A stretch of DNA of 64,000 bases from Laetmonice hystrix. Lineage: Eukaryota. The translations under genes and the position numbers were made by a program. Positions 1 to 11,846 of this stretch are shown one piece after another. Location: positions 26,848,001-26,912,000 of the forward strand of contig OZ249436.1 of assembly GCA_965235115.1 (NCBI GenBank). The letters run 5' to 3'. The first letter of the stretch is position 1; each line of letters begins with the position of its first letter. Under the pieces are notes generated by a model. That model did no database searches. It saw nothing but the letters and a program-made list of their open reading frames with translations, and was not told the origin of the DNA.

Positions 1-124
1 CTTGCAGGTCTTAACTATATAATGCTGCCACGAATTACATAATTTTGTGTATACGTCCTGACGAGATTTGGGGACCAACTCGGATATTCTTCATTGAATT
101 AACGGATTCACTAATTTCACCTTT

Positions 125-547
125 CCGCCACTGCCTATAGAATTGACTGCTTTAATTCATCAGATTTTCAACTGCAATCTATCAATGTACAATGTATTCT
201 GATGGGCCTACTAGGTTTTGTAAAAGGGTGGAAAAAAATGTCCTGTACAAAGTAATCTTTATGCTATTGCCTAGGGGACTTGATAAATATAATTGGCCTA
301 TTTAAGTCTTATCAATCCTAAAACCACGTGTATTAGGCATATATAGCGAGGCGCACTAAACAAATGCCCGTTCAGTGCCATCGCGTGAACTTTCGGACTG
401 ACTATAGGAAATCCTGATAAACGGAAGAAGGCAGCACTGTCGGCCATACGCCGCTGTGCGGCAGCACCACTGCGGAACCGCAGTGTCACTCGAGAAACCT
501 CATGTTGCCATACACCCGGCTGAGTCTGTGCTTCAAATATGCGCGTC
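125..547 (+). repeat. Dispersed ~420 bp repeat, copy 1 (direct repeat of 7242-7637)
   Basis: Shares colinear blocks with 7242-7637, e.g. CACTGCCTATAGAATTGACTGCTTT, GACTTGATAAATATAATTGGCCTATTTAAGTCTTAT, TGACTATAGGAAATCCTGATAAACGGAAGA and GCCGCTGTGCGGCAGCACCACTGCGGA, with indels between blocks. Confidence 0.85.
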
Positions 548-1216
548 TTTTGTATGAGAGGATTGGAGGCAAGCACTAGCCTCCAGAAACATCAAATTGC
601 GTTAGATTAAAATGCGAGTGTGTGTGTGTGTGTGTAGGCCCCCCCCCCCCCCATTCGGAAAACCTCGGCCCAACTTCCGGTCGCTTCGCTGTAGTCTCTA
701 CATCGTAAAGGGCTCGGTGTTCCGAATGGGGGGGGGTGCATGGCTGCGTGGGGTGGTGGCAAAGAAGTGTTATGGAAAAGAGCAACTTTAGGCCAAAATA
801 TATAGTCGAGTAGACGTCCTAACCATTTCTATTAGGGACCCGGAAATTTTTAGACCCGCAAGAGATTATGATTGATTTGTGTCCACATAGGCTCTGTGAA
901 GATTTTCAGCTTTGTTGGCCGAAGTTGGCTGTTGAGGAGTTTTTTTTTATAAGCTAATTTGCATAAATTAGCATAATTAATAACAAATCTTCATAAGCTC
1001 AGGTAACTTGAAAACCATTTGACCTAGAATCATATGTAGAGAATCTAATAGCACTTTTCCATACAATATCAACACGGGGAATCCATTTTTGACATTTGTT
1101 TTGTGATTCAAGGTCAAGGTCAAATATCAAGGTCAAGGCCAAAAATGGCAAAAAAAAAACTGGGGTTTCCAGGACAGTTGGCCTAAAATCACATTTAATG
1201 GCGCATTCCAGTGATA

Positions 1217-1509
1217 TCCGCGTGGCGGCAGCACTGTCGCCCCGGTCCTCTGGACTGCAAATTAGCATGACGTTATATAGAACGACGAAATGCTAATCTG
1301 TGGCAGGATGCATTTAGACTATTAATGTTATGAAAATTAATAACTCGATAAGCTTCGCCATGTTGAATAGCTCCTAAACGCACCATAATATTTCATAGCA
1401 AATAGCTCTACGGCACCCAGCTACAGATTAGCATTTCGTCGTCCTATCTAAAGTCATACTAATGTGTAGTCATACGGGACCGAGGCGATAGTGCTGCCGA
1501 CACTCGGGA
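1217..1509. mobile_element. Hairpin MITE-like element inserted in the left TIR of the 838-6667 element
   Basis: Imperfect inverted arms of ~125 bp (GGCAGCACTGTCGCC...ACGACGAAATGCTAATCTGT versus ACAGATTAGCATTTCGTCGT...GGCGATAGTGCTGCC). The sequence is absent from the right TIR copy. Confidence 0.75.
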
Positions 1510-1682
1510 AAGACGGGAACTCCATTATTTCGAGTCTCCCATTGTGGCATACGTCTTGTGATTCGACATTAAAGTCAAGGTCAAATGTCAAGGTCAAGAC
1601 CACAAAGGGCACAAATAGTCGGTCCGAAGTCCTTCCTTCCTGTAGTATCAGGGACATTTCAGCAGGAAACAAGCTCAAATTA

Positions 1683-3722
1683 CGGACTACATGACTGGGG
1701 CGGGGTGTGGGTGGGACTACATAACTGGGAGTGTGGGTTAGTGGGGTGTGGGTGGGACTACATGACTGGGGGTGTGGGTTAGTGGGGTGTGGGTGGGACT
1801 ACATGACTGGGGGCGGGGGTTAGTGGGGTGTGGGTGGGACTACATGACTGGGGGTGGGGGTTAGTGGGGTGTGGGTGGGGCTACATGACTGGGGGTGGGG
1901 GTTAGTGGGGTGTGGGTGGGACTAGGCCTACATGACTGGGGGCGGGGGTTAGTGGGGTGTGGGTGGGACTACATGACTGGGGGTGGGGGTTAGTGGGGTG
2001 TGGGTGGGACTACATGACTGGGGGTGGGGGTTAGTGGGGTGTGGGTGGGACTACATGACTGGGGGTGGGGGTTAGTGGGGTGTGGGTGGGACTACATGAC
2101 TGGGGGTGGGGGTCAGTGGGATGTGGGTGGGACTACATGACTGGTGGTAGGGGTTAGTGGGGTGTGGGTGGGGCTACATGACTGGGGCTTGGGTGTGGGT
2201 GGGACTACATGACTGGGGGTGAGGTGTGGGTGGGACTACATGACTGGGGGTGGGGGTTAGTGGGGTGTGGGTGGGACTACATGACTGGTGGTAGGGGTTA
2301 GTGGGGTGTGAGTGGGACTACATGACTGGTGGTAGGGGTTAGTGGGGTGTGAGTGCGACTACATGACTGGGGGTGGGGGTTAGTGGGGTGTGGGTGGGAC
2401 TACATGACTGGGGGTGGGGGTTAGTGGGGTGTGGGTGGGACTACATGACTGGGGGTGGGGGTTAGTGGGGTGTGGGTGGGACTACATGACTGGGGGTGGG
2501 GGTCAGTGGGATGTGGGTGGGACTACATGACTGGGGGTGGGGGTTAGTGGGGTGTGGGTGGGACTACATGACTGGGGGTGGGGGTCAGTGGGATGTGGGT
2601 GGGACTACATGACTGGGGGTAGGGGTTAGTGGGGTGTGAGTGGGACTACATGACTGGGGGTGGGGGTTAGTGGGGTGTGGGTGCGACTACATGACTGGGG
2701 GTGGGGGTCAGTGGGATGTGGGTGGGACTACATGACTGGGGGTAGGGGTTAGTGGGGTGTGGGTGGGACTACATGACTGGGGGTGGGGGTTAGTGGGATG
2801 TGGGTGGGACTACATGACTGGGGGTGGGGGTTAGTGGGGTGTGGGTGGGACTACATGACTGAGGGTGTGGGGTGGTAGGGGGTGTGGGTGGGACTACATG
2901 ACTGGCGGTGTGGGTTAGTGGGGTGTGGGTGGGGCTACATGACTGGGGCTTGGGTGTGGGTGGGACTACATGACTGGGGGTGAGGTGTGGGTGGGACTAC
3001 ATGACTGGTGGTAGGGGTTAGTGGGATGTGAGTGCGACTACATGACTGGGGGTGGGGGTTAGTGGGGTGTGGGTGGGACTACATGACTGGTGGTAGGGGT
3101 TAGTGGGGTGTGAGTGGGACTACATGACTGGTGGTAGGGGTTAGTGGGGTGTGGGTGGGACTACATGACTGGGGGCGGGGGTTAGTGGGGTGTGGGTGGG
3201 ACTACATGACTGGTGGTAGGGGTTAGTGGGTGTGGGTGGGGCTACATGACTGGGGGTGGGGGTTAGTGGGATGTGGGTGGGACTACATGACTGGGGGCGG
3301 GGGTTAGTTGGATGTGGGTGGGACTACATGACTCGGGGTGGGGGTTAGTGGGGTGTGGGTGGGACTACATGACTGGTGGTAGGGGTTAGTGGGATGTGGG
3401 TGGGACTACATGACTGGGGGTGGGGGTTAGTGGGGTGTGGGTTGTACTACATGACTGGGGTGAGGGTTAGTGGGGTGTGGGTGGTACTACATGACTGGTG
3501 GTAGGGGTTAGTGGGGTGTGAGTGGGACTACATGACTGGTGGTAGGGGTTAGTGGGGTGTGAGTGGGACTACATGACTGGTGGTAGGGGTTAGTGGGGTT
3601 TGGGTGGGACTACATGACTGGGGGTGGGGGTCAGTGGGGTGTGGGTGGGGCTACATGACTGGGGGTAGGGGTTAGTGGGGTGTGCATGGGACTACATGAC
3701 TGGGGGTGGGGGTTAGTGGGGT
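1683..3722 (+). repeat. G-rich minisatellite, 41-bp unit, ~50 copies
   Basis: Consensus GGGACTACATGACTGGGGGTGGGGGTTAGTGGGGTGTGGGT read directly. A pair of shortened variant units recurs at ~2171 and ~2932. Confidence 0.97.
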
Positions 3723-4475
3723 TGTGCTGCAAGGTGTGGGTGTGGGGTGTGGATGGGTGTCCTGCAGGGTGTGGGGTGTGGGGTGTGGATGGGTGTCCTG
3801 CAGGGTGTGGGGTGTGGGTATGGGGTGTGGGTGGGGTGTGGGGTGTGGGTGGGGGTCCTGCAAGGTGTGGGGTGTGGTAATGGGATGTGGGTGGGTGTCC
3901 TGCAGGGTGTGGGGTGGGGTGGGGTGGGGATGGGGGTCCTGCAAGGTGTGGGGTGTGGGTGGGTGTCCTGCAGGGTGTGGGGTGGTGTCCTGCAGGGTGT
4001 GGGGTGTGGGTGTGGGGTGTGGGGTGTGGGTGTGGGTGTGGGGTGTGGGTGGGGTCCTCCAGGGTGTGGGGTGTGGGTGGGGGTGGGGGTCCTGCAAGGT
4101 GTGGGGTGTGGGTGTGGGGTGTGGATGTGGGTCCTGCAGGGTGTGGGGTGTGGGTGTGGGTGTGGGTCCTGCAAGGTGTGGGGTGTGGGTGTGGGGTGTA
4201 GGTGGGTGTCCTGCAGGGTGTGGGGTGTGGGTGTGGGTGTGGGTCCTGCAAGGAGTGGGGTGTGTGGGTGTGGGGTGTGGGTGGGTGTCCTGCAGGGGGT
4301 GGGGTGGGGTGGGGATGGGGGTCCTGCAAGGTGTGGGGTGTGGGTGTGGGGTGTGGGTGGGTGTCCCGCAGGGTGTGGGGTGGGGTGGGGATGGGGGTGT
4401 GGGGTGTGGGTGGGTGTCCTGCAGGGTGTGAAGTGTAGGTGGGGCTATGGGTGGGTGTCCTGCAAGGTGTAGGGT
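3723..4475 (+). repeat. Second G-rich minisatellite: GTCCTGCA(G/A)GG core with variable (TGTGGG)n spacers
   Basis: About 20 recurrences of GTCCTGCA(G/A)GGTGTGGGG separated by GT-rich tracts of variable length. Confidence 0.93.
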
Positions 4476-4751
4476 GTTACTGTGATGCTTAAAGCCCATG
4501 TCAACACTAACACTACCTGGAGACCAAAAACCTCTATTGGGAGCCTCTCAAGACATTCCGGGTGTTCTAAGTCCTCCCTGACCCTCCCCCGCGTGGCAAT
4601 TAGCTTATCTGTAACCCGAGATCCAGTCAAGTCCCCTCACGCTCCCGCCAAGACCGTGACGTCATTTGTAGAACACACTGGTAGCACTGAGTGCTGTAGT
4701 CTATGCAGAGCTATACCAACACCATCATAGACGTATGCCAATACTCTCAAA

Positions 4752-4844
4752 ATGGTTCGTTATTGTGTAGCAAAGTTTTGTCAGAACTCCGACCTGACAG
4801 GCCACAGTATACACACGTTTCCGCGTGATCCTGCCATGCAGTAG
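4752..4844 (+). pseudogene. Truncated THAP zinc-finger N-terminus of a Kolobok transposase
   Basis: Hand translation gives MVRYCVAKFCQNSDLTGHSIHTFPRDPAMQ*. This fits the THAP pattern M-x3-C-x4-C-x-N...H-x-F-P-x-D and stops before the conserved Trp. It is too short for the ORF track. Confidence 0.8.
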
Positions 4845-5319
4845 GTAGCTTTTGAGAAACACAGTGTCGTGTACTACGGTAGTCAGGGTGACCCGGGCGC
4901 AGCGTGTGGGGAGGGGAGGCCATGCAAGCCGGGGTGGTGGGCAGCGGGCCGGGCAGGGAGCCGAGAAAGTGAGGGTGGTCCACCCTGGCAACATCTCACC
5001 CTATTTCCTCAGATGCTACTTTGTTTGGGTCGGCACTTTCTGCCTGCCAAGTTTCAGAAACCCCTCCAACTTAGATCTTTCTGAAATTGTGTATGGCAAT
5101 AGCGATGTTTGATGTTAAGGGTGGGGTGACGCGGAAAAGGTTAAATCTGCTTCGATGATATAAGTACAAATGTATATTGTGGGTACATTTCTGATAGGCC
5201 TACATGGCTTTCTCACTGCCCCCCCCCCCCCCCCCCGCCTATAGTTCAGTCCATAAGCATGGTTTTTGTACATAAGAATACTCAGAAAAGTATCCGACTG
5301 CTTTGATACTTAGGTCTAC

Positions 5320-5700
5320 TCATGAGGAGGAATCTGTGGATTATCATATTCTTGCTTGTATGCAGAGCCTGAGGAGCCAACCCCAAGCCCATATCGACAT
5401 ATTATAGGCCTAGGCCTACCTATATCAAGGCACGCAGACTTGAACAGCTGATGGTAACTCTGGGTCCTGAACACTGTCTGTGTCTGCATCAGCAGCAGCA
5501 GCAGACCCGTCACTGTAGGCACTACAACCCTACAACTGCCCCCTTCTTCACGCTCTGCAACAGGCTCATACAATGTAGGCCTGTGGTCCTTGGTAGGCAG
5601 AACAGCATTCACCACCTTCCACATCATCATCTGCCTCCTCAGACATAGATCACTGACCATTATATCCAAAACTTTGGTCGGATTCATCATGAGAATCAGT
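5320..5700 (-). pseudogene. Degenerate KolX / P2X7 ballast-like (ZCD) coding remnant
   Basis: The minus strand gives, with stops and frameshifts, an acidic N-terminal stretch (SEEADDDVE), a GPQAY/YEP motif, HQLFKSACLD and AYKQEYDNPQIPPHE ending at a GT. These resemble the PYxYEP, HPGFxxVCL and AYRQxY...PxHE motifs of invertebrate P2X7-ballast-like proteins. The Cys-rich core and last exon are missing. Confidence 0.6.
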
Positions 5701-6689
5701 TGAAGAACACACAGGGATATGCTATGCTGGCCGAGCGGGGTGCAGAACTGAGTTCTAAAAATGACGTCGCGCAGCCGGGTGACACAGATTCCAAGCGCGG
5801 TCGGGGCAGGGGGCAAATTGGTACTTTCTGATACCTGTCACACAGCGTGAGATAAGCTCTGGGGTTCGAGACTTGTTTACTTGGTCACTCTGTGGTTGAC
5901 TTCAAATGGGGAACAGAGTATTTCCCAAAAATTGTTACTGTTGACATGGACTTTAACGAGTAACGTGGTGACTAACGTAATTATTATAAGGATTAATGTG
6001 ATGCTTAACGAGTAACGTGAGGATTATTGTGAAGATGGCGATGAAGATCGTGATGTCAAATGTACTGATATTTCATCATTTCTGTACTGTAGTTAACTTT
6101 CTGTTATTCAATAATCAGTACGTTGTAACCCACAAATTTGTCCTAGAAATCCCGTTTTTCGACCTTGAATTTGACCTTTGACTTTGACCGAGCCTCTCAC
6201 AATATCCCAGTTGTGGGCCATTTGTGGCCTTGACCTTGACATTTGACCTTGACTTTAACGTCGAATCACAAGACGTATGCCACAATTGGATTGCCTGCCT
6301 CTATATTGTAAGGAAACACTCCATTAAATGTGATTTTAGGCGAACTGTCCTGGAAACCCCAGTTTTTTGGCCATTTTTGGCCTTGACCTTGATATTTGAC
6401 CTTGACATTGACCTTGAATCACAAAACAAATGGATTCCCCGTGTTGATATTGTATGGAAAAGTGCTATTACATATGATTCTAGGCCAAATGGTTTTCAAG
6501 TTACCTGAGCTTTGACGATTTGTTATTGATTATGCTGCTTTATGCAAATTAGCTTATAAAAAAAATTCCTCAACAGCCAACTTCGGCCAACAAAGCTGAA
6601 AATCTTCACAGAGCCTATGTGGACACAAATCAATCATAATCTCTTGCGGGTCTAAAAATTTCCGGGTTACCTGTGTTTACTTTCTGGTA

Positions 6690-7241
6690 AAATGTTAAGC
6701 CTCATAAGAATTACCATGTAAAATGAACTCATAACAGGGACCATAAGGCAAAAAAAAAAAAAAAAATTCCCGGTTTCTGGTCCGCGCGCGCGTCACTTCA
6801 GATGCTGCCCATCAGTGTTTTTTTTTCTTGGATGACTGTGAATTGTGCTGCCAACTAGCGGTAAGACTTAAAACTAACCATTGTTGTAATGGATACACGT
6901 ATTTCATTAACACTGCAACGGAAGTGTGTTTGTATTCAAAAATATGACAGTAAAGGTCATGGTCCTTATCTATGAGTTCATTTTACATGATAATTCTTAT
7001 GAGGCTTACCATCTTAGCCAGCTATCACCAAAAAAAATGTTTAAAAAAACCCCGCGTCACCGCACCACTTTTGAAATTTTCTTTGGACCAGAAACCGGGA
7101 ATTTTTGGCTGTCGTCGCTTTGACGCTTTGACGCTTAACTCTAGGTGGCAGCACAATCCACACATTCATGCCAGGTGAGGGCAAGAATAAAGCACGGATG
7201 CGCTGCTGAAGTGCTGAAGTGACACGCGCACATACCGGGAA
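6690..7241. mobile_element. Cluster of MITE fragments in mutually inverted orientation
   Basis: 6692-6743 is inverted at 6959-7011. AAAAATTCCCGGTTTCTGGTCC (~6762-6783) is inverted at ~7085-7106. About 6765-6866 has a degenerate inverted copy at ~7134-7240. Confidence 0.65.
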
Positions 7242-7637
7242 CCGGCACTGCCTATAGAATTGACTGCTTTGCTTTAACGGATTTTTAACTGCAACCTATC
7301 AATATATCCTCAGGAGTAAAAAAGAGATGCCCTGTACAAAGCAATCTTTATTCTATTGCCTGGGTGACTTGATAAATATAATTGGCCTATTTAAGTCTTA
7401 TAAATCCTCAAACCACAGGACACGTGTATCAGTTATATATTGTGAACTGTGGAGTGACTATAGGAAATCCTGATAAACGGAAGATGGCAGCACTGTCGGC
7501 CAAGCTTCTCGCCTCTTTTCATTCGGTTTTTAAACGTGCCGCTGTGCGGCAGCACCACTGCGGATTTGCAGTGTCACTCGGGAAAACTTTATGCTGCAAT
7601 GCGCCCGGCTGAGACTGTGCTGCAAATATGTGCGTCG
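7242..7637 (+). repeat. Dispersed ~400 bp repeat, copy 2 (direct repeat of 125-547)
   Basis: Colinear similarity with 125-547 (blocks listed under that feature). Confidence 0.85.
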
Positions 7638-10600
7638 TTCGCGCTAGATTTAAATGCTTGGATGGTCATACGCAGAGGTGCAGGCCGGGGGGGGGGGGGT
7701 TACAACGTGCAAGTCCGCGTTTAGGCGGGCCTAGAAGTAGGGGGCGAAGAAGTCATGGCTGCACAAGGTGTTTTTATCTACTTTGTTATTTTATTAATTT
7801 AAATTGTCTTCACAAGACGGACTTTCGCTGCCACTGTGGATAGGTAGGCCAACGAGTAACCCAAGTCCCCCCCCCGTCTACAGGCCTGGATTTTACCCCC
7901 GGCCATCACGTCCTAGCCGGGGGTCCAGGGCATGATTCTATATCTGAAATATTGGTCTGGCGTAGACTCTAATTTAAATCCGTTCCCCTACTGAACTTGA
8001 TAGCTTTTCAATATTTACAAAGAATCAAAATTCAGGCGAATCATGAACATCATGTCTGAACAGCTTCTAATTTTATCTACCGAATTATTGGATATTTTGA
8101 ACCCCCTAGCCTCACTCCGCCCAATCCGCGGGGAAAGGTGGAAGGCTTGAAAAAGCAGACGACTTTTAAGATGTTCGTGACGCGAGGTCTGCCAGAGAAT
8201 TCTCCATCGACAGTGGGTCCCGATATTTATGCTTGTCACATTAAATGAAGTTGGATCGGCAAAAGTTTATCCTGTGTCTACTGCATGGAGGCCATATACC
8301 TTTGTTGGGGGGTTGGTTCCAGCGAGCGTTGCGCCGTTGCCATTACGTCGATGACGAATCGCCAAATGTCGTCTGCTTCGGCGAAATGGCGTCTGTTATT
8401 TGCCGTCAATTTGTACAGTTTGCTAAACAGCCTGACACGAGGTTACCGTAAACAAGTCGGCCGAGGTAGGATTACTGTTATTTTGGGCGCAGGTAGCCAG
8501 TAAAATGTGCATTACTGAGCGAATCAAACCGGCGGCTCGCTAAGGGCTGCGTCGGGCACACATAAAACACTACTCCACACTTCCGGCCTCTCGCGTCACA
8601 ATTCGAGCCGTTCTCAACAAGTGACAAGTTTTCTTACACTGACTCAACATTCAGCAAGGAGAATAAGAAAGAAACATTACCCTCTCTCACTTGACGGATC
8701 GGCAGCGCGACCACAGCCACTCTACGGCTAAACATATTTTGACAACACTGGAAAACACAAAAGGCACTTTTGTCCGCGATCAAAGAAAACCAAGTGCACT
8801 TTCGTCGATGACGTTTCCCCCTTCAGCTTGTAATTCGTCTAGATGGATCGTTCACCTAGCGGTGCTCTGTGCAGTTTTATCATCTCGTACAAATTCGGAG
8901 ATCGATCATGGAAGCGGATCAAGGGACAAAATGACACGTCTTGGCCACGCACGAGCGGTGCACGGTCGAGGACGAGAAGAATCGTTCGCCATCCGATTGC
9001 GGTCGATTAATTCGACGCTAGATCCGGCAGGCCTCGCACCTCGTAGCCAATGCTGCCCGCCGTAGTCGTCGTTGATGCAATTTACGGATGCAAAAACCAA
9101 GAGAAGAAGCGACAGTAATGCCGAATTATCCTATTGACACTCGGCTGCTAATGCGTAAATTCCGGATCCATTGAACACCAGACAGACACCTGTCAGTCAA
9201 ATTAAGTTAGGGTTATTAATACCCACCAAACTCCCGCACTGTGGCGAAAATTACTCGTAGTTTGGGGACAAGTCTTAGCATGTGAATTTTTAACTAAGAA
9301 GTGCGCTTACAGGTATACCAAGAAGCAGGCCTCTTCCTGTAGCAAGTGGTTCCCTCAGCTATCAAAGTTTTCTGGTGGAACGCGTTAAGTTTGGCTCTGG
9401 AAGGTTCGTGTGGCTTCATTGACCTGAAATATGCTCAGAATTGAACAGTAAAATCCCGAAAAAGAACTGCCATACCGAAATTATCTATATCGGATAGAGT
9501 TAATCAACATAGGCCTACTTTAGAAAGCAAAATTAAGGTTACCACACCATATTAGATTTGACTTTGGCTTTACCTCGCAGACTATATGTGCCGGCATGTT
9601 GATGAAGAGTGCATAATAAACAAAATGGTTTGTTGTTGTTCGTCTGCGATGGGTGAGTGTCCGACGACGTTTATTGCCTCGGCTATAACTTTACACACAT
9701 CGACAGGGTCTTTGGAATGCAGATACTTCGGCTATATTAGAAATATGTTGGCCTTTATTAACCTCATATTATCGTCTTCAAATAATTTGACCCAATGTAT
9801 TTTCCATATGTAGATATGTTGAATAAATGATAAATTTTATGTGCCCATGTCCAATTTCCATATACTCTGCACAACCACGCAGTTTGCAAGTGTAAACCTA
9901 CAATGGACAAACTGTTTATGGCACAGAAAATGCGGTTCTGTCGTTTACTGATGAACTTGTGAACACATCCTTAACTTCACCTGATTGCCGCCTAATCGGT
10001 TCTCCTATTTCATGTGAATCAATGATATCTTAGCATTGATTGCTCTCAATTAGTCGCAATTATCGGTGCCGATCGTGTTGCGACCATCGCGTCAGTTCCA
10101 AGATGGCCGCCGCAATTACAACTGATAATGACAGTGCGTGGGGCCCATTACACCATTACGAGGCTCCAGTGGATCACGTGGCAACCACTTTGCGGCGTCT
10201 TATTCATAACAATACACTTAATTCATAACATTGATGCATTTTATCATCCAAATAACCATATCATTTTGTCCTAGCGCGGGGTATCAATTGCAGTGTATCG
10301 TTCTCGAGTGTGAGTGAAGTGGTTAGCATGTGTCATGGACTCGGTCACCTACGTTAATAATGTATGTATTATAGGACATTATATGTAATATTCTGGTAGG
10401 AACAGATGTCGGCCTATAGTGATACACAGATTTGCTAGGTCTCAGTGACTTTTCAAAATGTTTGATTCTCAAATTCATCTAAAATTTAAATTGAAAGTTT
10501 GGATCCATGAAAGATTAGAACTCTGCCCCCCCCCCCCCCAAGAAAAGTAGAGAAATAAGTTGTAATTGTTTCAAAATATGATTTCTCTATACTTCTTACC

Positions 10601-11846
10601 CATCTCCGAATCAGTCCCCAAACATTATACTATTTTTCTGTTTTCATTGACTTTTTATGACTGTATTGTTAAACCCTTAAGTGGATAATGAAATTGTTCT
10701 CAAAATCAATTTGTGCATAATTAATTATCAATAAGTTCATTTATCATTGCTTATCATTGCATATTCTTATGCCTCCCCCCCCCCTTTTTTTTTTTGCTGG
10801 TGGCCTAAAAAAGTCAAAGGCTCCTAGAAAATTAGGCCTATCTCGATCTAGGGGAAAAGGTAAAACACACTTGGGTCCCCCCCCCCCGCCCCCACCACCA
10901 CCATCACCACCACAAGTAGACAGCGGCGCCCCTACCGAGGCCCCATCCGTGATTCTCATGCCAGAGTTTGTAGAGTACAACTTGACCCCTAAATCTTCTA
11001 CTCCAACTCACCGCACGGATCTGTGTTCTTCCACGTGTCCCGTTATTCCAGCGTCTACTCGTATCTATATCCATCCGCCGACAACATGTCGCCCACCAAC
11101 TAGAGCTCATTTCCTCGCGGAAGGTTGTACGTCGGCAACCGCCGCACCGCTAATTGGATTCTTCTAGGCAAACATCTTGTCTGGCGAAGCAGCAAGACAG
11201 CTTGCAGTTTTGTTATGTTTAAAACAATGTTTGGGAAATCGGGACTAATTTCCTTGTGCTATTGAATGACGGGAATCGTTTTAGTTACCTCGGAGACTTG
11301 GTTCACCGAAAGCGCGCGTGTATACCTTAGGTTGTGGCCACATTGCCGCTGGTCTCTGAATACTCGTTACTGAGTTCTACGTTTTAAATTGAAACTGGTA
11401 TTTCTAACATGACCAATTGCGTATAATTATTTATCCAGGGCCGTAATTGCATCAAAACCTTCTAGGCAGCAGACCGAAGTTACGAGAGGCACTTTACTTG
11501 TGAATAAAAGCATCTTCTATCAACCTACTTGTCAAAAATGACAGAAATTATCGGATAGCAATTGTTCCCATCCCCGTTAGGTGCGGCCCTGGACTATCAT
11601 GTCTGTTATAAGGCCTAATATTCTAGGCCAGTTTTCATTGCGAGTATTTTTATGTGTGTACATTACCTTGTAAATTTGAATTTAAAGGTTTGAATCCACT
11701 CTGCACATTATTAGAACCCATGATTGTTTTTCATACCTGATTGTAACAAATAGGTTTCAATCAAAGTCAGCAACAATTTCAAAGTTGCAAGAAAATCGCA
11801 TGAAAAGTCGATAGGTGACCTCAGGTCAATATTTTTATTACTTATA

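Larger units (their letters stand above)
4493..5952 (+). mobile_element. Internally deleted Kolobok-superfamily DNA transposon (1460 bp)
   Basis: TTAA TSDs at 4489-4492 and 5953-5956. The 20-bp TIRs AGCCCATGTCAACACTAACA / TGTTACTGTTGACATGGACT have 2 mismatches and AG...CT ends. It contains a THAP N-terminus (+) and a KolX-like remnant (-). TTAA TSD, RR...YY ends, THAP transposase and KolX together are the established Kolobok signature. Confidence 0.85.
838..6667. mobile_element. Non-autonomous long-TIR (foldback-like) DNA element with nested insertions
   Basis: 838-1201 (starts ACCCGGAAATTTTTAGACCCGCAAGAG) is the near-identical reverse complement of 6321-6667. The inverted match resumes at ~1540-1612 versus ~6212-6286. 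The TIRs carry CAAGGTCAA/TTGACCTTG subrepeats. No clean TSD is visible. Confidence 0.85.

Noticed and set aside
3631..4499. Long Pro/His/Thr- or Gly/Val/Cys-rich ORFs in several frames
   Set aside because: They are translations of the G-rich minisatellite, open on both strands because the unit lacks stops.
4852..5112. C-terminal remnant of the Kolobok transposase (HPGNISP...)
   Set aside because: The resemblance is too weak to call by eye.
9300..9990. Exon-like minus-strand segments with AG/GT boundaries
   Set aside because: In-frame stops and no recognisable protein motif; cannot be supported without a search.
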